DNA of 64,000 bases. Source: Octopus vulgaris. Taxonomy: Eukaryota. Under the pieces are notes generated by a model. That model was not told the origin of the DNA, did not search any database, and was given only the letters and a program-made list of their open reading frames with translations. Shown one piece after another: positions 42,046 to 52,854 of this stretch. The translations under genes were made by a program, and so were the position numbers. Where the stretch lies: assembly GCA_951406725.2 (NCBI GenBank), contig OX597833.1, positions 17,050,001-17,114,000 of the forward strand, given 5' to 3'. Numbering within the stretch: the first letter of the stretch is position 1; each line of letters opens with the position of its first letter.

Positions 42046-43209
42046 CATTTAATTTAGCTGGCTCCAGTATATAGTATATAATGTAGAGGCTCTCTAGTCG
42101 TCTCGATAGGGATAGATTTAAAGCAGCGTTTGGAATACTATAGCTAGGAGGTGGTCTTCCCAAAGACTAAACTGTTGACTATTGGGAAAATATCAATTAG
42201 GAGATATTTCATTTTCCTTGTGTAATTTCACGTGTTTAGCCCCTTGTGGGTAGTAAAGAAATGGGTATTTTGTCTGCCGTTACGTTCTGAGTTCAAATTC
42301 CACCGAGGTCGAATTTGCCTTTCATCCTTTCGGGGATCGATAAATTAAGTGTCAGTTTCCTATTGGGGTCGATCTAATGGACTGGCACCCCCCACCAGAA
42401 TTCAAGCTTGTGCCGATAGCAGAGAGGATTGCGTTAATCAACCTTTCCTGATCCCTTTTCCAACCCTATTCCATCCCTTTTCCTTGTGCATATTTATATT
42501 ATCTCTTTTCTGTAGGAATTTCATAGTTCTTTCTGATTTTGAGCACAAAGACAGAAATCTTAGAGGTGGGAGCAAGTCGACTACATCGGCTCCTGTACTC
42601 GATTGGGATATATTTTATCGACCCTGAGTAGATGAAAAGCAGAATAAACCTCGACGGAACTTGAACACTGAACGTAAAGAGCCGGGAGAAATGCCGCAAA
42701 TCATTTTGTCTAGCAAGCTAACTCTTCTGCCAGTTCATCGCCTTCTGTTGGTATTTCATAATGCTAGAATAATCTCCAGTGTATGAAAGCTCCATATGTA
42801 ACAATTACTTGAGAGCTAAACAACACAATTTCATATCTTGTTTTGTGATAGTCTCCACCTATTCTGACGTTAACGTTTTGTGTTTTGTTTCATTTTATGT
42901 TTTTGGTCGTTTCTGTGGAGATGTTTGGTGTATAAAAGCGTTGTTTGATAACTTGAATAGCCGTGAGACAGGAATAATCTGACATTTCGGACCTTGCCCT
43001 TCACATGACAGTGAGGAAATGAGAAAATATGACGTTGTCTTTTGGACTGTAGGCAAGTAAACGAGGAATGAATTGAAGTTGAAGAAGAGAGGCAGTGAAT
43101 GAAAAGTGGCTGAGAAAGACAGTGTGAAAGAGTGAGAAGAATATGATACAAGATGAACGAAAAGTGAGAAAGTTAAGAATGGAAGGAGGCGTTTCTTAAC
43201 ATTGTACAT

Positions 43210-43960
43210 CAGTAAATATTATCTCAAAACAAATACTGCGGTTTATTCGGCTTTTCGTGTTGTATCTGCATTAAGGATGATACGCGGGTTGCTTTTTCAA
43301 ACTAACACTGCTTCTGTTGCACATAATGAATACTTATTCAACCAGCCGGCTAATTGTAACATCAGTGATATTTCAAACGCTGTTTATCTATATCAGTAAC
43401 GACGGATTTTGTATTTGTATGAGGTTGGCAGTGAGTGCTTGCTATTGACGAAGCTCAAAGAGGCAGAAATGCATAGCTAGCGATACTGTCATTGCTGGTG
43501 GTCGATTTGAATCTTCCATTGGTCGATTTTTGTGATTTTTAACACTATACTTCTATAAAAGCTATTATCTAAGGACGAATACTGCAGTTAATTCGGCTTT
43601 CCGTGATATATCTGGATTAAGTATCATACAGAAGCCTCCATTTTAAATTAGTGCTGCATCTGGTTTCTGTTTCACACAACGAATACTTATCCAACAAGCC
43701 TGCTAATTCTTACATCACTGATTTTCTATCAGCAGCGACTAACCTAAGGTTGCTAGTGGGTGCTTGCTACTGACGAAACCCAAAGAAGCAGAAATGTGCA
43801 TCAAGTAAAATCAACACTGCTTCTAGGTTATTTTCGTCTGTTACTGATATATTTTTGTGCTTTTAACATTGCACGTCTATAAGAAATATCTCTGGATGAA
43901 TACCACCGTTAATTCGGTTTTCCTTGATTTGTCCATATTAAGTGTGATACACAGGTTGCT
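43210..43960 (+). mobile_element. Diverged ~2.2-copy tandem of a ~320-350-bp unit with a hammerhead-like motif (retrozyme-like)
   Basis: Unit anchors AATACTGC...ATTCGGCTTT at ~43232, ~43579 and ~43899. Motif GCTTGCTA-(C/T)TGACGA-...-GAAA-TGCA in units 1 and 2. Confidence 0.65.
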
Positions 43961-44032
43961 ATAGAAAGAGTCAATGTTCCAATCAAGCGAAAAGACAAGG
44001 GAAAGGGAGACGCCCAGTTGGTGGAACGGAAG

Positions 44033-44072
<40 letters not shown>

Positions 44073-44603
44073 TTTTGCAGTATCGGATTCAAGTCAGCCA
44101 ACGGTGATCACCGGAAAACACCCATCGAAATGACTCTATAAATCCAGCACTATTCGAGCAATCAAATAGCCAAAAGAATTCCAATCGTGACCACCCTGTC
44201 TTTTATTCGGACGTAATATACCTAATACTACATGATCCAATGTGATCTTTCTCTCTTTTTAAATGTTAAGATATGATGATTTGAGGATGATTTGGCAGGG
44301 CAGGTACTTCTAACAGGACGATCGATTGTGCTAAGGGTCCATTGTAGATGTAAAACGGTAGGACATAAATAGGTTTTTTTTACAAATCGATCTAGTATAT
44401 GGTTCCGTTCGAATATTTCCCTCTCCTACAAACAGCTAACCTTAAAGTTACTCAGAAGGTGCCATACAGCGGGACTGAACCCTAAACCACGCGGTTGCAA
44501 AGTGAGAGTCTTAACCACACAACTATACCTGGACATTGAGCATGCAGAGATGCTCTTTCCCATCGTCTTAGCATGCCATTCTCTAACCCCATTTCAGCTT
44601 ATA

Positions 44604-44644
<41 letters not shown>

Positions 44645-44645
<1 letters not shown>

Positions 44646-44802
44646 TGTGTGGTAAGTAGCTTGCTTACCAACCACATGGTCCCGGGTTCAATTCCATTGC
44701 GTGGCACCTTGGGCGAGTGTCTTCTACTATAGCCTCGCGCCGACCAAAGACTTGTGAGTGGATTTGGTAGAGGGAAACTGAAAGAAGCCCGTCGTATATA
44801 TA

Positions 44803-44850
<48 letters not shown>

Positions 44851-45058
44851 GGTGTCAGTGTTTGTTCCCCAGCATCGCTTGACAACCGATGCTGGTGTTT
44901 TTACGTCCCCGCAACTTAGCGGTTCGGCAAAAGAGACCGATAGAATAAGTACTAGGCTTACGAAGAATAAGTCCTGGGGATCGATTTGCTCGACTAAAGG
45001 TGGAGCTCCAGCATGGTCACAATCAAATGACTGAAACAAGTAAAAGAGTAAAGAAAAG
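44645..45058 (+). mobile_element. SINE family A
   Basis: Consensus match. Confidence 0.85.
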
Positions 45059-45189
45059 AGTATATGTATGTGTTTGTTTTTCCACATTTTCAGAAATCGC
45101 AACGGTATCTTCAGCTTTTCTGTCTGTCTGTCTCTCTCTCTCACTATGTATCGATCTATCTATCTCTATCTCTCTTTTCTCTCTTCCTC

Positions 45190-45240
<51 letters not shown>

Positions 45241-46141
45241 CTCGATGTGTAAATACTCCCGCTAAGCTGATAATGACCGGCGAATCTAGTCGAGTTGTTT
45301 TTCGTTCCATCCTCCAGAGACAGTTTTCTGGTTCAACCATCGTCTCTATTTTTAAAGCGAAGCTAAATGTATGTTAATTAAAAGCATGCACGCCAGTCCA
45401 TTTCCACCTATACGAGAGTGCGCGTGAGCGTGTGACCGTATATTCGTGCGTATTTGAGTAGGTGTATTTTGTGTGCACGCAAGTAAGTATTTATGTACAT
45501 GTGTGTATATATATATGTATGTATGTGGGCATCTGCATGCATGTGTATTTACGTAAAGCTTTCAGATTCATTTCGTACCGGTAACATAGTTACGATGCAA
45601 TTTGTATGTAATTATTTCAATCAATCCCAACTCATATAATTCCTTGTCTCTCTCTTTCTTTCATTCATACAAATCTGTACCACATCTCATCTCAGATCCC
45701 CAAAATCTATATACTACTATCTTTACAACTTAGCTAATTACAGCTCCCCAACGCAAGACTAACGTATGTATTTTTTCCCATCCTTTTCACTTAATTAAGA
45801 TATTCTCATTACATATGTACCTCATCAAGATCTATGATTACTTTTCCCCTGGATTCATACATCTTTTTCATCCCACACTTCCAAGGTAGTCCCAAACATT
45901 TAATTATCTGCTGATCTTCATTTGCAAGGCTAACGTGACACACTCCAGAATTCAGAGCATATTTCGTGTAAATATTAATGTGTTACGTGCAAGTTAACCC
46001 AACATGCCGTGTAAAAATGATGTTATTGGTTCCCCGAATTCATGACACACTCCAGCCATAAAAAATATATTATTTACCTGTTGACATCATTTTTTAATTC
46101 ACCTATATCCGCCTATTTTGCCCAACCTTCACTCTCTCTCT

Positions 46142-46174
<33 letters not shown>

Positions 46175-46258
46175 AATCTCTCTCTCTCTCTCTCTTTCTC
46201 TGTTATCATTCTCTCGAACATTTCCCTGAGAGATGATCTGCTGGGCGCTATTAACCAT

Positions 46259-46589
46259 TGACGTCAGAGTACATCGTTCTGACTCAATGACTTCTTGGTG
46301 CAACAGACGGAATTAACCTCTAAGCAATATAACGAATTAATAAACAAATCAAAAAATATATACATCACCAGCGACGCCACTAGCAGTAATAGCAGCAGCA
46401 GCAGCAGCAGAGGCAACAGCAGCGACTGTAGAACAAACAGCAAGAGTACACACAGTCAGTAGCAGAAAACACAAGGAATATTAAGCAACAGGAACTAAAC
46501 TAGGGAATTGGAGAAATCTAACTGATTGTACTGGCTATTAGATTTATTGCAATTGCCGCCAGCAAAGCTGCTGTTCGTGACGTCAGCTG
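46259..46589. promoter_or_regulatory. Candidate bZIP-site cluster (2x CRE, AP-1, E-box)
   Basis: TGACGTCA at 46259-46266 and 46578-46585, TGACTCA at 46280-46286, CAGCTG at 46584-46589, in transposon-free sequence. Confidence 0.3.
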
Positions 46590-46951
46590 TACAACGCGTG
46601 CAAAAACGTAAAGCGGGGTGACTGCCAGACGATTTTTTCCCCTCGTATTATCATCGTATGACTATTCTATTGTATGGTTTGATACGCACGATTGTAGGTT
46701 ACGTTGTTCACAACCATGGTGTATCATACAAACATTCGCGTACATTCTGCACTCTCTAATCACGTACACACTCAGACCAAGGCGCTGCTCATATCTAAAC
46801 GTTTATAATTTACAAAGATTACTCATATACTTTGCATTGTTTATATACATACACATAGATATGGTTTATGGTCTATTCAGACTGCCGTAGGGATAAGCCA
46901 TAAACCCAGGTGAACTTTGAAGTCGTTGGCAATAATAAGAGCATACATGCA

Positions 46952-47025
<74 letters not shown>

Positions 47026-47027
47026 TG

Positions 47028-47121
<94 letters not shown>

Positions 47122-48039
47122 TATATATATATTTATATACAAACACATATATATATATATATGTGCATTTAAACACATAAGAGGTATTCATCATAGGATC
47201 CCTTTCACGCTAGAAGGAACAGAAAATCCAAACCACTATTAGGGAGGAAATGGAAAAAACTCGAGCGGAATGAAAAAAATAAAAAAATTACCATCCGGAG
47301 CGGGCAACGGAGATAGAAAAAACGACTGGTGTTAGGAGTAGCACATGGTGAAAGGCGGATGTTTACGATAACAAGAGCAAAGTGGGTTTTTAAAGGCAAA
47401 AGAGTGGAGACAAGGTTGGTAACGCAACAGATGTGTGTGTATGTGTGAGTGTGTGCGTGTGCGTGTGTGTATGTGTGTGTGTGAGGCGAGGTAAAAAAAC
47501 AAAAAATATATGTATGTGTTAGTGTGTGCGTCTGTGTGTAGGCGTGTGAGGTAGGGCGAGACGGTGGTCAGCATAGCAGCAGCATAGCAGACAAAGGTCA
47601 GTAGTAAGAAAAGGGAGGAAGGAGGAAGGGAGGGAGGGGAAGGGGTGGGGGCGTATGTAGCGTGCCAGCGTGTGTTGAGTAGTAGTGTGTGTGTGTGTCC
47701 AGTGTCGTGGTAGTATTAGTGGCGAGTAGATTGAATGTGTGTAAGAGTAATGTATATGTTTAAGCAATGTGTGTATATGTGTGCGCGTGTGTGTAACGAA
47801 AAAAAGGGGGTTTGGGAAAAGGACTCCAGCGGAGGAAGATGGAAGAGTGGTCCCGCGGAGACGGGCGTGGGAAAACCCAACGACAAGCGACATCCCAGGA
47901 ACGGGCGGGAGGTCTCGTCGGGTCCAAGGGCGAGGTGCATGCGGCGCGCATGCGTGCGCGAACCGGCGCAAGCGCGTGTGTGCGCGAGCCTGCGAGTGTG
48001 CGCGTCCGTATGTGTGTGTGTGATATATATATATATATA

Positions 48040-48340
48040 GTGTGCATTTAAACACATAAGAGGTATTCATCATAGGATCCCTTTCACGCTAGAAGGAACA
48101 GCTAAAGTCCAAACCACTATTAGGGATTTAAAAAAAACTCGAAGGGAATGAAAAATAAAAAAATTACCATCTATCTTCTGGGCCATGGTTTCAGACTTTT
48201 TTTAGCAAATAAAATAATTTTGTGATTTGGACTTTAGCTGTTCCTTCTAGCGTGGAAGAATCTTATGAGGGATACCTCTTATGTGTTTAAATGTACACTG
48301 TATTTATATGAATAATATATAGTCTACTGACTAATTTTTC
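48040..48340. mobile_element. (TA)n-flanked foldback element; left arm also duplicated at 47163-47295
   Basis: GTGCATTTAAACACATAAGAGGTAT...GAAGGAACAGCTAAAGTCCAAA at 48042-48112 is inverted at ~48226-48298. Confidence 0.7.
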
Positions 48341-48779
48341 AATATATATATATATATGTGTGTGTATGTGCATATATATATAATTGCATATGTGCGTGCC
48401 TGTGTGTGCGTGCGTGCGTGTGTGTGTATGCGTGTGTGTGTGTGCTTGTGTGTGCGTATAGTTCAAAATGATACAAAGAACAAAAGACTAGACACACGTG
48501 AAGGAACAACAAACAAGGTGTTAGGAAAAATAAATGAAGTCTGACGTTTCGAGCCTATGCTCCTTTACAGAAAGAATCGAAGAGAGAAAACAGATGAAGA
48601 GAGGGGAGAGAGGGGAAAAAACGGAGAGGAAATATATAGATATGAAACTCACGGACCTTGAGTCACTCTGTTACTTCTGCTAGATATTAATAAAAATATA
48701 CATATACTCATACTTTGAGTTCTATTTTTCTTGCTTGCATCAACACACACACACATATATATATATATATTTCGTTTTT

Positions 48780-49021
48780 GGATTTGGTTTGCAAGATTCT
48801 TTATATGAGTTCGTGTACTGAAGCATATTCTGTTGTGTCTGAGGAGAGTCATTCTCTTTTAGTGCCGTATTATTTAATACACTCACCGGTAGAATTTCAC
48901 TTATTTCTTATTGCAAGACGCAACGAAAATTTTAGAAAATAAAAAAATAAGTGGAAATTTTACCGCTGAGTGTGTTAAATAATAAGGCACTAAAAGAGAA
49001 TGACTCTCCCCAGATACAACA

Positions 49022-49025
<4 letters not shown>
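48780..49025. mobile_element. (TA)n-flanked foldback, same family as 25044-25525
   Basis: Arms ~48830-48910 and ~48945-49022 are reverse complements. Confidence 0.75.
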
Positions 49026-49054
<29 letters not shown>

Positions 49055-49309
49055 GCAAGGAAAAATTGTAAAAATGCAGAATGCTAACTTGAAAGAAAAT
49101 TTTAATGCAAATGGGTGTATGGAAAAAGTTTTGAAAAATTGATAAAATATATAAATATATATTTATATATTTTATCAATTTTTCAAAAACTTTTTCCATA
49201 CACCCATTTGCATTAAAATTTTCTTTCAAGTTAGCATTCTGCATTTCTACAATTTTTCCTTGCTTATCATTTCTCCACGTGCGGTTAACACAACCCTACC
49301 ATTTATTGA

Positions 49310-49310
<1 letters not shown>
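49055..49310. mobile_element. (TA)n-flanked near-perfect palindrome (~105-bp arms) with a short unpaired extension
   Basis: GCAAGGAAAAATTGTA...TTGATAAAATATATAAATA mirrored to ...TACAATTTTTCCTTGC at 49263. Confidence 0.85.
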
Positions 49311-49346
<36 letters not shown>

Positions 49347-49458
49347 AAGCCCCCATCAAAAGAAAAACGATGAAAATGCATAGAAAAGAAAATATAATAA
49401 CGCGAGGACGTGGTACATGCAAAGTATTACCAAACAGTCAGGGAAGGAAAGAGAGGTA

Positions 49459-49493
49459 GTTTTACGTTTCGAGCAAAGCTCTTCGTCAGAAAC
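49459..49493 (-). ncRNA. Minimal type I hammerhead ribozyme motif
   Basis: Minus strand GTTT-CTGACGA-A-GAGC-TTT-GCTC-GAAA-CG-TA-AAAC: canonical core, 4-bp stems I and II, palindromic ACGT stem III. Confidence 0.75.
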
Positions 49494-49812
49494 AGGAGAC
49501 GGAGGAAAGTCCAAGAGAAAATGAAGACGGAGGAAAAAAATCACTAACGATCCACATGTGGTTACATTATATATATATCTATTTAAGGCCGCGAGCTGGC
49601 AGAAGCGTTAGCGCGCTGGGCGAAATGCTTAGCGGTATTTCGTCTGTCGTTACGTTCTGAGTTCAAATTCCGCCGAGGTCGACTTTGCCTTTCATCCTTT
49701 CGGGGTCGATAAATTAAGTACCAGTTACGCACTGGGGTTGATGTAATCAACTTAATCCCTTTGTCTGTCCTTGTTTGTCCCCTCTATGTTTAGCCCCTTG
49801 TGGGCAGTAAAG

Positions 49813-49884
<72 letters not shown>

Positions 49885-50161
49885 TATATAATATAGACAT
49901 CGACAGAAGACACAAAATTCAGTTAACCGATATACAGATTTCCTTTGTAACTTGGGAATACTTCAGGCACATCTCATAAAACCGTAAAAAATATATATAT
50001 ATGTGTGTGTACAAAATGACACAAAAATACACAAATGCATAAAAATATACATATAAATACATATGAACATATAAAAATGCACATGAATATATAACGAAAA
50101 AGGTATGCAATTGCCTGAACATGCGTGTTAAAACAAGAATTTATATATTATATATATATAT

Positions 50162-50567
50162 ACTCTTTTACTTTTTTACTTGTTTCAGCCATTTGACTGC
50201 GGCCATGCTGGAGCACCACCTTTAGTCGAGCAAAATCGACCCCAGGACTTATTCTTTGTAAGCCCAGTACGTATTCTATCGGTCTCCTTTGCCGAACCGC
50301 CAAGTAACGGGGACGCAAACACACTAGCATCGGTTGTTAAGCAATGCCAGGGGTACAAACACAGACACACAAACACACACACATACATATACATATATAT
50401 ACATATATACGACAGGCTTCTTTCAGTTTCCGTCTACCAAATCCACTCACAAGGCATTGGTCGGCGCGGGGCTATAGCAGAAGACACTTGCCCAAGATGC
50501 CACACAGTGGGACTGAACCCGGAACCATGTCGTTGGTTAGCAAGCTACTTACCACACAGCCACTCCA
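50162..50567 (-). mobile_element. SINE family A
   Basis: Consensus match. Confidence 0.85.
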
Positions 50568-50937
50568 GGGAGAGTTTGCGAAAAAAAACAAAAGACGAAG
50601 ACAGGTGGTGTACAAAACAAACTGATGTATTAGTATAGCGCTCAGGAATAGAAAAAGCCTTTTACGTTTCGAGCCTACGCTCTTCTACAGAAAGGGACAC
50701 AGAAAAAAACAAGGAGAGAAAAAAATGTGTGTAGTGGCTAATGATCTATCATGGCGACTGGCTCACACACGAGAGGGAAAGTAGGGGGAGATAACAAAGT
50801 AAAGATGACCCCCCCCCCAATATATATATATACACCAGAGTAAGTACATAAATGCGAAACAAGGTGGAAAAAGTAGTACTCGAACACCAGCGGTAGAGTA
50901 AGTAATATGCTTTATCAAAAGCAGCAGAAATATCACA

Positions 50938-50983
50938 AAAACTGTTACTCAGAGTTTCACGTTCCTGTTCGTCGGACAGTTTT
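50938..50983 (-). ncRNA. Type I hammerhead motif with U4C core variant (family H3), in a foldback spanning 50909-51067
   Basis: AAAACTGT-CCGACGA-ACAGGAACGT-GAAA-CTC-T-GAG-TA-ACAGTTTT: 8-bp stem I and GUA cleavage triplet. Fragments at ~6595-6625 and ~12014-12048. Confidence 0.7.
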
Positions 50984-51065
50984 GTTAGAATCAAAAATGT
51001 CCGACGAACGGGAACGTAAAATTCTGAGTAACAGTTTTTGTGATATTTCTGCTGCTTTTAATAAA

Positions 51066-51117
<52 letters not shown>

Positions 51118-51328
51118 CTCTCTTTTACTTGTTTCAGTCATTTGACTGCAGCCATGCTGGAGCATCGCCTTTAGTCGAGCAAATCGACTCCAGGACTTAT
51201 TCTTTTGTAAGCCTAGTACTTATTCTATCGGCCTCCTTTGCCGAACCGCTAATTTCGTAAACACACCAGCATCGGTTGTCAAGCAATGGTGGGGGGGGAC
51301 AAACACAGACACACAAACACATACACAC

Positions 51329-51379
<51 letters not shown>

Positions 51380-51591
51380 GTTTATTGAAATGGATAAATG
51401 AATTATCTTGTTGCGGATTATTCAAATGAAAACCGATACCTGGGTAGCAAAAATCACAACAGAAAAAACACGGTTGAGGTTACGACCCTGGGGTCTCAAA
51501 CCCGTGCCTTAGTGCGGAAATTTGAAGTTTATATATTTAGTGTAGGAAGAAATGGAGCTGAACGAAGATTTAACCAAATTCCTTTTTATTA

Positions 51592-51674
51592 TTTTCTACA
51601 TATGTTTCAAAGGCTGCAAAGTCCCTAATTCGGATTGAATAAGGAGACCATTTTGCAGCCTCTCTTCAGGAAAA
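51592..51674 (-). ncRNA. Type I hammerhead ribozyme (left arm of the foldback)
   Basis: TTTTC-CTGAAGA-GAGGCTGCAAA...TTTGCAGCCTTT-GAAA-CATATG-TA-GAAAA on the minus strand. Confidence 0.75.
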
Positions 51675-51818
51675 TCCAGGAACTTAATTCTCAACAAAAT
51701 GCACATCAAGCTTTTCGGCAAACGCTCGCGAGGAGCCCATGGGATAAATGTCTGGGCTCCTCGCGAGCGTTTGCCGAAAAGCTTGCTGCGCATTTTGTTG
51801 GAGAATTAAGTTCCTGGA

Positions 51819-51902
51819 TTTTCCTGAAGAGAAGGCTGCAAAATGGTCTCCTTATTCAATCCGAATTAGGGACTTTGCAGCCTTTGAAACATATGTAGAA
51901 AA
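51819..51902 (+). ncRNA. Type I hammerhead ribozyme (right arm of the foldback)
   Basis: TTTTC-CTGAAGA-GAAGGCTGCAAA-(inner hairpin)-TTTGCAGCCTTT-GAAA-CATATG-TA-GAAAA: canonical core, 12-bp stem II, palindromic ACATATGT stem III, predicted cleavage after 51897. Confidence 0.82.
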
Positions 51903-51954
51903 TAATAAAAAGGAATTTGGTTAAATCTTCGTTCAGCTCCATTTCTTCCTACAC

Positions 51955-52038
<84 letters not shown>

Positions 52039-52854
52039 TACGACAGGCTTCTTTCAGTTTCCGTCTACCAAATCCACTCACAAGGCTTGGTCGGCCCGAG
52101 GCTATTGTAGAAGACACTAGCCGAAGGTGCCACGCAGTGGGACTGAACCCAGAACCATGTGGTTAGTAAGCAAGCTACTTAACGTGGCAAAGACTACTCT
52201 CGTTTCCACGAGTATTTTCGCAATAACACAAACAGAAAAGAGAAAACAACAAAGGCGGTTGTCAGAACGGACGTAAAAATGACAAGATTTTCGACTTCAT
52301 CCATGAATGGTTTACAGGAAATTTATTTGAAGTCTTGTGACAAGAGATAATTAATTCTACTGCAAAACACTCTTCTCTTGACATCTTTCCTCGTTGTATT
52401 GCATTGTTCGGCTCATTATGAATATATAATTCTAATAAAACAGACATCATCATGCTATCGCAAACTGTAAGTAAGCAATTAGTGAGGCGTCCACTTAGGA
52501 AATGGCGCATAGTTCGGAATACGTCAGTCAGCCGGCTTTTGTTTTGTATTATATCGCCAGTTGCTACTTATAATGTCTATTTGTACTTTACATACTTTAC
52601 GCACAACAAGAGCGCGCACAAACACGCACACATACACACTTGCTCACAGAGTCACGTATATGTAATAATCAATGCAAAATAATCTCTAAGATTTATTTTG
52701 TTCTTTGTTCTTTTTATAAATAATATAAATCCTAGATGTAGGATTTCTTTGTGTTATTTGCTAATACCAATAATGCATCTATTATACAGCTTTTATCTAT
52801 GTTACTTTAATATTACTGTACTCTGCGTTATGTGCAATTATTATTAATATTATT

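Larger units (their letters stand above)
51531..51962. mobile_element. Foldback element, ~209-bp arms, 13-nt loop
   Basis: 51531-51739 is the reverse complement of 51753-51962 with about four differences. Confidence 0.92.
51116..52180 (-). mobile_element. SINE family A split at its internal (TA)n by a ~580-bp insertion
   Basis: 3' half at 51116-51340 and 5' half at 52035-52180 are collinear. Insertion at 51380-51960. Confidence 0.85.

Noticed and set aside
52452-52472. ATG CTA TCG CAA ACT|GTAAGT as a first coding exon
   Set aside because: Good donor, but no promoter evidence or linkable downstream exon; expected by chance in 64 kb.
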